Assembly: GCA_964016885.1 (NCBI GenBank)
Contig: OZ024746.1
Span: forward strand, 92,070,001 to 92,134,000
From: Eledone cirrhosa
Lineage: Eukaryota
Reading direction: 5' to 3'
Length of the DNA: 64,000 nt
Each line of letters opens with the position of its first letter. The first letter of the stretch is position 1. A model generated the notes under the pieces. It searched no databases, had not been told where the DNA came from, and saw only the letters and a list, made by a program, of their open reading frames with translations. Positions 52,275-64,000 of this stretch are shown here, in pieces. The position numbers were made by a program, and so were the translations under genes.

Positions 52275-53934
52275 CATCATCATTTTACGTCCACTTTACC
52301 ATGCTTGTATATATTTATATATGTATACACGTATATATATATTATGAATGAGATAACTTGACATATGTCTCAATGATGATATCAGCTCAAGGTTTCAATT
52401 AAGTTGTCTCTTCTGAAAGATGTTCTGAGGATGTTCAACAATCTTTCTTAACAAACCAGAAGTTAGTTATATAACTTTCTCTTTATTTGCTGTCTGAAAC
52501 ATTACTTAACAATAATTCTTACATAAAATTAAAATTGCAAAGTTTTTATACAAATATAATCACTTGAAAATAAACAGTTTTATATGAGAACATAACTAAG
52601 GTAAGTTCCATACAGTTTGGTAACAAAAGAGTTACGAGGGTCAGGTGAAAAGTTCATAGTCTGACCAAGAAAGTTCATAGAATGACCAAATAAGATTTGT
52701 TTTTCTTCATAGTCCTTGGAAAGTAACAATGCAGTTATTGACTAAAAGAGTTGAAATTAATGCATGCAAGATTTCACAGCTCTAGCCTCACTCGTTCATA
52801 GTCAGCCTTATAAGTAACTGTGAGTACAAGACCTTTCTAAACTGGAGGCCAGTTCATCACAAGGATCACCTCCAGCTGTTGATGTGAAGCTCTACTGAGT
52901 GAATTGGGGACATGTGAAATGAAGCCCCCTTCGTTGTCTGCTCAATCATGTCTAAACAACAATAATATCAACATGGCCAGCCACTGTCACTCTTACAGTT
53001 GTGTGATGCCTCTTGACTGCCAGTGAGAGTTAAGTACCTTGGCCATGGGAGTAGTATTATATTAGCAGAGATTACAAACCACTTAAAGTTTGGTTGGTAG
53101 ACTCAACATTCCTATGTCACAACCAGATGTGACTGTCTTTCTTTAAAGTTTCGTTGGTAGACTTAACATTCCTATGTCACAACCAGATGTGTCTTTCCTT
53201 AAATATAATCATTCAATCGAAGGAGATTGACTTTCAGTGTAAACAATGTTGTGTTTTCAGGGAAATTATCTTCACTGTTAGAAATAAATAAATAAATACA
53301 AGTGTTGATGAAATATGATTCTGTTTATTATGTTATGTTTCAAGCAAGAGAAGGAAGAGATGATTGGGTTACATTATTGGATTACAGCTACAGATAGTGA
53401 AGATATGTAACTTATGGGGTAGAGTGTTTAGCTTAACATAAAAGCATGTGTTCAATTCCAGGCAATGAATTGCATCTTTTCACCTTGAGCAAGACACTTT
53501 ATTTCACATTGCTCCATTTCACTCAGAAATGAGTTTTACCTACAATTCACAGAGTGAGTCTTGTCACATACAATAGTGTTGTGGTGAATATCACAGAGAC
53601 TATGTTATAGGTGCATGTATTTGTTGAATGCTCAGCGACTAGCACTTAAATTTCACAATCAGACTGTACTGTTGGTCACACATCTGGAGTACACATTGTT
53701 ATAACCAACAGATGTTGGTCACACATCTGGAGAACACATTGTTATAACCAACAGATGTTGGTCACACATCTGGAGAACACATTGTTATAACCAACAGATG
53801 TTGGTCACACATCTGGAGTGTTGTAACAAACAGATGTTACACACACACACACACACAACGCGTTTTAAGTGTTATCTATTTCAAACAAATAAAAAAATGA
53901 AGAAAAATATGTGATTCATTTATATTATTAAATT

Positions 53935-55382
53935 ACAACTTCAGCTAGTTCACTGATCCTCAGTTATAACTCCAGCTAGTTCACTGACCCTCAGGTTAGC
54001 TAGCTCACTGATCCTCAGTTATAACTTCAGTTACTTCACTGATCCTCAGTTATAACTTCAGCTAGCTCACTGATCCTCAGTTATAACTCCAGCTAGTTCA
54101 CTGAGCCTCAGGTCAGCAAGTTCACTGATCCTCAGTTATAACTCCAGCTAGTTCACTGACCCTCAGGTCAGCTAGTTCACTGATCTTCAGTTATAACTTC
54201 AGCTAGCTCACTGATCCTCAGGTCAGCTAGCTCACTGATCCTCAGTTATAACTTCAGTTACTTCACCGATCCTCAGTTATAACTTCAGCTAGCTCACTGA
54301 TCCTCAGTTATAACTCCAGCTAGTTCACTGAGCCTCAGGTCAGCAAGTTCACTGATCCTCAGTTATAACTCCAGCTAGTTCACTGACCCTCAGGTCAGCT
54401 AGTTCACTGATCTTCAGTTATAACTCCAGCTAGTTCACTGACCCTCAGGTCAGCTAGTTCACTGATCCTCAGTTATAACTTCAGCTAGCTCACTGATCCT
54501 CAGGTCAGCTAGTTCACTGATCTTCAGTTATAACTTCAGCTAGCTCACTGATCCTCAGGTCAGCTAGTTCACTGATCCTCAGTTATAACTTCAGTTAGTT
54601 CACTGATCCACAGGTCAGCTAGTTCACTGATCCTCAGTTATAACTTCAGCTAGCTCACTGATCCTCAGGTCAGCTAGTTAACTGATCCTCAGTTACAACT
54701 TCAGTTAGGTCACTGATCCTCAGTTTTAACTTCAGCTAGTTCACTGACCCTCAGGTCAGCTAGCTCACTGATCCTCAGGTCAGCGAGTTAACTGATCCTC
54801 AGATACAACTTCAGTTAGTTCACTGATCCTCAGGTCAGCTAGCTCACTGATCCTCAGTTATAACTTCAGCTAGTTCATTGATCCTCAGGTCAGCTAGCTC
54901 ACTGATCCTCAGGTCAGCTAGTTCACTGATCCTCAGTTATAACTTCAGCTAGCTCACTGATCCTCAGTTATAACTTCAGTTAGTTCACTGATCCACAGGT
55001 CAGCTAGTTCACTGATCCTCAGGTCAGCTAGTTCACTGATCCTCAGGTCAGCTAGTTCACTGATCCTCAGTTATAACTTCAGCTAGCTCACTGATCCTCA
55101 GGTCAGCTAGTTAACTGATCCTCAGTTACAACTTCAGTTAGGTCACTGATCCTCAGTTTTAACTTCAGCTAATTCACTGACCCTCAGGTCAGCTAGTTCA
55201 CTGATCCTCAGGTCAGCGAGTTAACTGATCCTCAGTTACAACTTCAGTTAGTTCACTGATCCTCAGGTCAGCTAGCTCACTGATCCTCAGTTATAACTTC
55301 AGCTAGTTCATTGATCCTCAGGTCAGCTAGCTCACTGATCCTCAGGTCAGCGAGTTCACTGATCCTCAGTTATAACTTCAGC
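53935..55382. repeat. Mixed 31/24-bp satellite TCAGCTAGTTCACTGATCCTCAG(TTATAACT|G)
   Basis: Two interspersed unit lengths. A separate 43-bp repeat of about 3.5 units lies at 53671-53840. Confidence 0.95.
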
Positions 55383-55544
55383 CTCTCTAATGATGATGAT
55401 GCAGTACCTATTTACAGCCAAGCTGACTGAGCCATTTCAAAGTTATCTCACTGCTGATATGAATTGGCAGTTGCCTTTGTAACTTATCCACTCATCATCC
55501 AATATGCAGATAAAAAATAAATTACTGAAGATGTGTGTAGAAAG

Positions 55545-56083
55545 GAGAATAAGGCACAGGTGCCCACTGGGAAATGGCCATGGTCAGTGTGTCAGAAAAG
55601 AGGAGGTAGAAATTCTTTTCTATGCCCCAAATGCAAACTGGGTACATAAAAGATGTAGTGGGATCAGAGGTAAGCTATCTAAGAATGTAGATTTTATATG
55701 TGGCCGATGCTCAGGTGCAGTAAGTAGCAAGTGCTCACTGGATACTAGCTCCTTCAACTGCCCACATGGTTCTATAGAAATAGTAGACACTTTCCGTTAC
55801 CTGGGTGACAAAATCAGCAGTGCAGGAGGGTGCTCTGAAAATGTAGTAGTCAGAGTTAGAACGGGATGGAAAAAATTCAGAGAGCTAATACCGCTGTTGG
55901 CCACAAGGGGTTTTTCTCTAAAAGTGAAAGGCAGATTGTATGATGCTTGTATACGAATGGCGATATTACATGGTAGTGATACCTGGGCATATGTGCTCTT
56001 GACCAATTCCACATCAAATAGAACAAAACCGTCTAACCCATGCTAGTGTGGAAGATGGACGTTAAATGATGAGGATGATGATG
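55545..56083 (+). mobile_element. RTE LINE fragment (PHD-like finger to thumb region), internally deleted, with (GAT)n tail
   Basis: WVHKRCSGIRGKLSKNVDFICGRC...FRYLGD...GWKKFRELIPLL; near-copy of 37515-37960. Confidence 0.88.
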
Positions 56084-56179
56084 ATATATATATAGTGGTA
56101 GAACACTGGGAGGTTATATCCATAGTAGTAGAGCACTTAGACCATGGGACGAGTTTGGTAGAAGTTAGTTCCACAACAG

Positions 56180-56770
56180 TTAATAAACCATTTTCAAGAA
56201 CACGCATTTCATCTTGCGGATTTTCAACTCGAGTGTATGGGTTATAGGGCCAATTTAAAGAACGCTACCTTAACCATCAGATGACATTTAGACACCCGGA
56301 TAAACCATTGTCCATGAAGCTCGCAAGCCACATATGGTCACTCAAAGATGCAGATGTGGGTTACTCCATTCAATGTAAAGTTCTGATCAAATCTAGGCCA
56401 TACAGAAATGGAAATTAGTCTTGTGGGCTGTACATCGGGGAACAAATAAATATCCTGCAGAGAATACGTAACAGTACCTGTCTAAATACAAGATCTGATT
56501 TCTAATTGATGTCCCCGCACAGCCAAGTACTTATTACATAACTACAAGGATCCAGACTAATTTCATCCGCTACGGACCCAACCTATTTTTATCCAGAACC
56601 ATCTCAATCATCTCCCATCATCAGTCTAATTTGAGTTGTCCCCCTAGTCGATGAACTTGCGTATGACCCACGATCTTCATATAGAGTTCCGTTTTTCAGC
56701 TATAACCCATTCACTCGAGTTGAAAATCCGCATGGTGAAACGTGCATCCTGGAAAATTGTTTATTAACTC
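56180..56770 (+). mobile_element. Penelope-like element 3' remnant (GIY-YIG C-terminus) with inverted terminal segment
   Basis: Decayed frame FKERYLNHQMTFRH..KLASHIWSLKD..YSIQCKVL..PYRNG..CLNTRSD. 56181-56247 is the reverse complement of 56701-56767. Flanked by (TA)n. Confidence 0.8.
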
Positions 56771-56782
56771 TTGTGGAACTAA

Positions 56783-56847
<65 letters not shown>

Positions 56848-57170
56848 ATAGGGAGAAAAAGACGATTATCAGGAAGAAAAATTTTTTTTTTTCCTTTTAT
56901 TTTCTCCCTAATAATCGTCTTTTTCTCCCTATTTTCATATATATATATATATATTCCAACTCGTGTGCTCCTTCTCCACATTTTATAATTAATAATTATT
57001 ATATATATATATATATAGTAATAATAAAAAATGTGAAAACTAAAATCCAAAGAGGGCTCGATAAGGATAAATATATATCAAATATAGAAGATCCCGTTAA
57101 GGGTGAAAGCAGAGATTCTTTCCTTAAACTTTAATCTGTTATTTTAATAAATATATATATATATATATAT

Positions 57171-57281
57171 ATAGGAACAAGTAAGACCCCGACGGCTGAG
57201 CTCAAGCTGTTTCGACGGCTAATTCAGAATTAGCCATCGAAACGGCTTGAGCTCAGCCGTCGGGGTCTTACTTGTTCCTAT
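57171..57281. other. Near-perfect 55-bp-arm hairpin containing a hammerhead 3' half (GAAA-CGGCT..AGCCG-TC)
   Basis: Two mismatches between arms, both at CpG; located beside (TA)n. Confidence 0.85.
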
Positions 57282-57357
57282 TACCCACTCTACTACCCTA
57301 AGTATTGAGTACTTTGGTGCGTTATGGTCCACCTGGTTCCTTACCACATTTCCTTCG

Positions 57358-57401
<44 letters not shown>

Positions 57402-57517
57402 ACGTAATCAGTTGTGTTCAGATGTGGAGAGGGATTAGCGCCACTAACAGGTTTTAAATGCCCCAGATAGTATGTCACTATATCACTTGTACAACTCCAT
57501 CAGGAGTTATTCTGGAA

Positions 57518-57692
57518 CCATCCACTACAGTACCATCCACTACAGTACCATCCACTACGCTACCAACCACTACACTACCAACCACTACGCTACCATCCAC
57601 TACACTACCAACCACTACGCTACCAACCACTACGCTACCAACCACTACACTACCATCCACTACAGTACCATCCACTACAGTACCAACCACTA
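57518..57692. repeat. 15-bp minisatellite ACCA(T/A)CCACTAC(AG/AC/GC)T
   Basis: Direct tandem repeat. Confidence 0.9.
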
Positions 57693-58359
57693 CATACATT
57701 ACCATACATGTATTAAAACAATGTATATATATATATATATATATATCAAACCACTCCAATAATGTTATATAGTTTGTGGCAATCTTTTATAACGATGGTT
57801 TTATGTTCAAATTTCACTTTTGGTTTTTCTTTTTCTGTGTACTTATATATTTATCTCTATATTTTTCCTACTTAAATAGTCTTTGAACTGTTTTTCTTTG
57901 ATCTCTGATGCAGTTTTTTCTGTTTTGTGTCTATGGCTGTATAATACCTTCCTAATAGAACTCCTGGAATCTGTGATGGGGGTGGGGGGAGGAGAGGGGG
58001 AGATGAGAATTTTTATTTTCATGATGATGACAACAACAAATTCTGTGAGGATGGGCTTCACTCTGGATGATGGTGGTGGCGGTGGCTTGGCTACAAATGA
58101 TGGTGATGATGATGATGATGGTTATGGTGGTGGTGGTGGTAGTTCGACCACAAATGATGATGACAATGATGGTGATGATGGTGATGATGATGATGACGGC
58201 AGTAGAAACAACAATACCAACCAATGACAACATCACAGTTGTACTGTTTCAATGTCAATACAATATCATATTACTACAACAATACAAGATGTTACTGAGA
58301 AAAATATCATTTCTACTGAAGTATCCTCCAACACCAGATGATATCTCACTCAACTGTTG

Positions 58360-59377
58360 TTATGTAACTATATCACTGTTGTTACATAACAATGTCACTG
58401 CTGTTACGTAACAATATCACTGTTGTTATGTAACAATATCACTGATGTTATGTAACAATACTATTGCTGTTATGTAACAATATCGCTGATGTTATGTAAC
58501 AATACCATTGCTGTTATGTAACAACATCACTGTTGTTATGTAACACTACTATTGTTGTTATGTAACAATATCATTGCTGTTGTGTAACAATACTATTTCT
58601 GTTATGTAACAATATCACTGCTGTTATGCAACAATACTATTGTTGTTATGTAACAATACTATTGCTGTTATGTAACAATACTATTGTTGTGTAACAATAT
58701 CATTGTTGTTATGTAACAATATCATTGTTGTTGTGTAACAATACTATTTCTGTTATGTAACAATTTCACTGCTGTTATGTAACAATACCATTGTTGTTAT
58801 GTAACAATACTATTGATGTTATGTAACAATACTATTGTTGTTATGTAACAATACTATTGCTGTTATTAACAGCATCACGGGTGTTATGTAACAATACTAT
58901 TGCTGTTATGTAACAATACTATTGTTGTTATGTAACAATACTATTGTTGTTATGTAACAATATCACTGATGTTATGTAACAATACTATTGCTGTTATGTA
59001 ACAATATCACTGCTGTTATGTAACAATATCACTGATGTCGTGTAACAATACTATTGTTGTTATGTAACAATAATATTGCTGTCATGTAACAATATCACTG
59101 TTGTTATGTAGCAATACTATTGCTGTTATGTAACAATACTATTGTTGTTATGTAACAATATTATTGTTGTTATGTAACAACATCACTGATGTTATGTAAC
59201 AATATTATTGCTGTTATGTAACACTATCACTGATGTTATGTAACAATACTATTGCTGTTATGTAACAATATCACTGATGTTATGTAACAATATCACTGAT
59301 GTCATGTAACAATACTATTGTTGTTATGTAACAATACTATTGCTGTCATGTAACAATATCACTGTTGTTATGTAACA
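58360..59377. repeat. 23-bp satellite with core TGTTATGTAACAATA, about 44 units
   Basis: Direct tandem repeat. Confidence 0.95.
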
Positions 59378-59670
59378 GGGGAAGTATCAGCTCTACCTGG
59401 AGTGACTCTCTCATCTCCAAGCTACCCACTCTATCAAGTAACGTTACTCCAAAGACCAGGAGAAGTAGTGACTCTACCTGGAGTGACTCTCTCATCTCCA
59501 AGCTACCCACTCTATCAAGTAACGTTACTCCAAAGACCAGGAGAAGTAGTGACTCTACCTGGAGTGACTCTCTCATCTCCAAGGTACCCACTCTATCAAG
59601 TAACGTTACTCCAAAGACCAGGAGAAGTAGTGACTCTACCTGGAGTGACTCTCTCATCTCCAAGCTACAT
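59377..59670 (-). repeat. 81-bp RTE-derived tandem repeat, about 3.5 units
   Basis: Same unit as 62991-64000. Confidence 0.9.
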
Positions 59671-59965
59671 ACTCATCTATGTAAGACACAACACCCTTCC
59701 TATCAGTAATGTTGTTATTGTTATAGTTAACCCCAATAGAAGGAGTTTTTATGTTAGCAAAGTAGGGTCAAATATCTTGTCATCTCTCCTGCTAGTCTCT
59801 CTTTTAGACACTACTCATTCAGTGTTGTTTGTCTCCGGTCAGACCTCATTGAACAGTCATATGACTTATAGCTTATCAGCTCTAACAACTGATTCTGTTG
59901 TTATACTATTGCCTCCGTCTTACTGGGGACCATACTGTACATTCCAGCATGCAGTGCTGTGTGAT

Positions 59966-60408
59966 AGTTGGGTTATCTTCCTATTAGTTGGGTCATCTTC
60001 CTATTAGTTGGGTTATCCTCCCATTAGTTGGGTCATCTTCCTATTAGTTGGGTTATCTTCCTATTAGTTGGGTCATCTTCCTATTAGTTGGGTTATCTTC
60101 CTATTAGTTGGGTCATCTTCCTATTAGTTGGGTTATCCTCCCATTAGTTGGGTCATCTTCCTATTAGTTGGGTTATCTTCCTATTAGTTGGGTCATCTTC
60201 CTATTAGTTGGGTTATCTTCCTATTAGTTGGGTCATCTTCCTATTAGTTGGGTTATCCTCCCATTAGTTGGGTCATCTTCCTATTAGTTGGGTTATCTTC
60301 CTATTAGTTGGGTCATCTTCCTATTAGTTGGGTCATCTTCCTATTAGTTGGGTCATCTTCCTATTAGTTGGGTCATCTTCCTATTAGTTGGGTTATCCTC
60401 CTATTAGT
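59966..60408. repeat. 20-bp satellite CTATTAGTTGGGT(C/T)ATCTTC, about 22 units
   Basis: Direct tandem repeat. Confidence 0.95.
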
Positions 60409-62349
60409 TTTACCAACAATCTAGAGAAATTCAAGTTAACTATTTTGATACTAAATCGCCTGAAACCACCCTTCTTTCTGTGGTACAAAGCTCTAATCTA
60501 AGTATCATCATCATCATCATCATTATCACCATTTAATGCCCACTTTTTCCACACTAACATGGGTTATATGAGTTGTGAAACATGTCAGATCAGGTGACTG
60601 TGTCTCACTCATACAGAACTGTTTCTGGCCTGGTTTCGAGGCTAGATGCTCTTCCTAATGCCAACCACATTTACAGTGTTATATTTATCTAAAAACTTCT
60701 GTCATATTCTTATATAAGAAACTTTATTGTTCCAAATAACAACTAAATAATTGTTTCTACTTTAGGCACAAGGCCAGCAATTACCCAGTGCATTACTGGT
60801 ACTTTATTTTATCGACCCCGTAAGGATGAAAGGCAAAGTTAACCTCACAGGATTTGAATCAGAAGGTAAAGGGCCATAACTCTATGCTGCAAAGCATGCT
60901 GTCTGGTGCTCTACCTATACTGCCAATCCAATAATGAGAGTATTTGTCATATTTAAAAATCATAGGTAGTGTCTTTTATTAGAAATATGGTAATGAAAGG
61001 GTTAAACTAAATATCAGTGCCATCATGGCTCAAAGAGGGGGGGCTTCGATATATTCATTCAATCTTTTAGAAATAACTTAAAGCTTCTTCAAATCACACT
61101 CTGCTGTCTTAAAAGATAGGACAGTCACAGCTGGAATGTTTTTTTATCATAGATCTGCTTGATTAAGACTGACCTGAAGCTAAACAACAACACAATTTTG
61201 CTAGCTTAGGAAGGTCTACAAAAGCCATGGGAACCTACTTCTCCCCCCCCCCATTCTCCTCCTCTTTTGGCTAATTAAAATTAAACTAATTACAATGTTC
61301 TCCTGAATAACTGAAATGAAAAAAATAAATATGTTGCTTGGGGTTGAAGCTGGTTTATTTTCTTCAGTTTTAAGTGTGCTACATTAGAATATTAAGATCA
61401 TAGGTGTAGGAATAACTGTATGGTTCACTGGTTCACTTCACAACCACGTGGCTTTGCTTTCAATCCTACTGTCCAACACCCCAGGCAAGAGTCCTGTAGC
61501 CTCCAGTTGACCATTGGCATATGAGGGAAATTTAGTAGATGGAAACTAGACAAGTCCATTTTGTGTGTGTGTCTGTCTGTGTGTGTAACTATCAATGTCT
61601 GTGTTTGTTTACCATATGGTGTGGAGTTGTGTCCCTTTACTAAGCCAATTAATTGTTTCTACTTTTGGCACAAGGCCAGCAATTACCCAGTGCATTACTG
61701 GTACTTTATTTTATCGACCCCGTAAGGATGAAAGGCAAAGTCAACCTCGGCGGGATTTGAACTCAGACCGTAAAGGGACGTAACTATGTTGGAAAGTATG
61801 GCGTCCGACTCTCTACCGATACTGCCAAAGCCGATTAATACTTTGGAATACTTACTAAGTGTAATATGACTGACTGCTTAACTTACTGAGGCTGTTAAAA
61901 GTGTAATAATATATTAGCCAGCCATCCACCAAACAGTTCTGTAGGAGCAAGACATGGTCATCTGTCCTGACTTGATACACAATGGGACAACTTGTCTAAC
62001 TCATGCTAGTCTGCTACATTAAACCATGTTTCAGGTGGTTTGATATCAAAAGGGTTAAATATTATTATTGAACATTGGTGTAAGAAAATGTTAAGTCAAA
62101 CATAAGAAGATGTGAACTGAGAAAGATAGCATTACTGAGAAGCAGTTCTGTAGGAGCAATACATGGCCATCTCACCTGATTTGTCTCACAATGGGACTTC
62201 TTGTCTAACCGATGCTAGTGGGGGAAAAATAGACGTTGAACAGTGATGATGATGGGGATGGTAATGGTGATGCACCTCCTATACATAAATACCTTTTTAG
62301 ATAATAATTCTTCTTTTTTCTTTTTTTTTCTTATTTTTTCCTTCCATAG

Positions 62350-62545
62350 AATTTATTGAAAAGTGTCATGAAATATATTCTGTGCTGTGTAATCAACGTA
62401 GTCCACGTGACCCAGTTGTGGTTCCTACATCAGATTTAGCCAGTGTCCAGTCAACTCCAACCAATACCACACCACCAGCAGATAGTGTTGAGACAGCTAA
62501 CTTACTACGAGCCATTGGTCATCTTTGCAAGACCACTAACATAAG
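62350..62545 (+). CDS. CSTPP1: CSTPP1 coding exon 6 (EFIEKCHEIYSVLCNQRSPRDPVVVPTSD...DSVETANLLRAIGHLCKTTNI); gene continues beyond the window
   Basis: Long polypyrimidine tract, acceptor ccatag| and donor AG|gtgacc, open frame phase 1 to 2. EF..IY..VVVPTS..VE..LC parallels recalled human EFLD..IY..VIVPTS..GVE..LC. Confidence 0.88.
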
Positions 62546-62699
62546 GTGACCATTCTTTTTCACATCAAACGACATCAGAAACATGAATGTGCTTATTTCT
62601 CTTTTAATTAGTAAACTGTTTAATTATACTAACCTAGTTGAACCTAATGAGAGACAACCTACATGGTTACTAAACCTGCTAGATGTAGTAGCCAATTCT

Positions 62700-64000
62700 T
62701 CTCCTCCTCCTCTCCTCCTCCTCTACTCACTTATTCCAGAGAGGGTTGTGGGGCAGAGTCCCTCAAACACTCCTTCCAGTGGGTCCTGTCAGAAGCAACC
62801 GTCTCCAACTGATTCAGCTGGATCCCCAAGCGAGACCAGCCAAGCTCATAGATGTTATCCAAACATCTTTCTCAGGGCCTACCCTTGGGTCTCCTTGCCA
62901 GTTGGTTTTGTCCATAAAATCTGTCCAGCAATTCTTTCCTGAGACATTCTAACCACATGCCCATAGTATCAGAGCTGTGATATCTCAATTCAGAGAAGTA
63001 TCAGCTCTACTTGGAGTAACTCTCTCATCTCCAAGCTACACACTCTATCAAATAACGTTACTCCAAAGACTGGGAGAAGTAGTGACTCTACCTGGAGTGA
63101 CTCTCTGATCTCTAAGCTACACACTCTATCAAATAACATTACTCCAAAGACCAGGAGAAGTAGTGACTCTACCTGGAGTGACTCTCTGATCTCCAAGCTC
63201 CACACTCTATCAAGTAACGTTACTCCAAAGACTGGGAGAAGTAGTGACTCTACCTGGAGTAACTCTCTCATCTCCAAGCTACACACTCTATCAAGTAACG
63301 TTACTCCAAAGACTGGGAGAAGTATTGACTCTACCTGGAGTAACTCTCTCATCTCTAAGCTACACACTCTATCAAATAACGTTACTCCAAAGACTGGGAG
63401 AAGTATTGACTCTACCTGGAGTGACTCTCTCATCTCTAAGCTACACACTCTATCAAGTAACGTTACTCCAAAGACCAGGAGAAGTAGTGACTCTACCTGG
63501 AGTAACTCTCTCATCTCCAAGCTACACACTCTATCAAGTAACGTTACTCCAAAGACTGGGAGAAGTATTGACTCTACCTGGAGTAACTCTCTCATCTCTA
63601 AGCTACACACTCTATCAAATAACGTTACTCCAAAGACCAGGAGAAGTAGTGACTCTACCTGGAGTGACTCTCTCATCTCCAAGCTACACACTCTATCAAG
63701 TAACGTTACTCCAAAGACTGGGAGAAGTAGTGACTCTACCTGGAGTAACTCTCTCATCTCCAAGCTACACACTCTATCAAGTAACGTTACTCCAAAGACC
63801 AGGAGAAGTAGTGACTCTACCTGGAGTGACTCTCTCATCTCCAAGCTACACACTCTATCAAGTAACGTTACTCCAAAGACTGGGAGAAGTATTGACTCTA
63901 CCTGGAGTGACTCTCTCATCTCCAAGCTCCACACTCTATCAAGTAACGTTACTCCAAAGACCAGGAGAAGTAGTGACTCTACCTGGAGTGACTCTCTCAT
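62700..64000 (-). mobile_element. RTE (Expander-like) 3' fragment whose coding segment has expanded into an 81-bp tandem array (62991 to the window end)
   Basis: 62700-62990 is the reverse complement of 19250-19510. The unit MRESLQVESLLLLVFGVTLLDRVCSLE matches the single-copy segment at about 19160-19240. Confidence 0.88.

Overview
AT-rich animal genomic DNA; the SINE families and microsatellite load suggest an octopus/cephalopod (inference). The window holds coding exons 1-6 of one host gene on the + strand, a CSTPP1/C11orf49 (UPF0705, centriolar-satellite tubulin polyglutamylase regulator) orthologue. About 650 coding nt are spread over 57 kb, the gene continues past the window, and an RFX X-box lies just inside intron 1. 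The introns are filled with degenerate RTE and R4/NeSL-type LINEs, two tRNA-derived SINE families, Helitrons, hAT/piggyBac/Tc1-mariner MITEs and about a dozen minisatellites, several visibly born from transposon fragments. The most striking unannotated signal is a set of about 10 sequence-unrelated type I hammerhead-ribozyme motifs on both strands. They sit next to (TA)n tracts and fold-back termini, and two adjoin Penelope GIY-YIG C-terminal remnants. Several share a non-canonical Y.U closure of stem II, and at least two with intact cores lie on the sense strand of the host pre-mRNA. Most long ORFs in the track are artefacts of simple repeats. All calls were made by eye without database searches.
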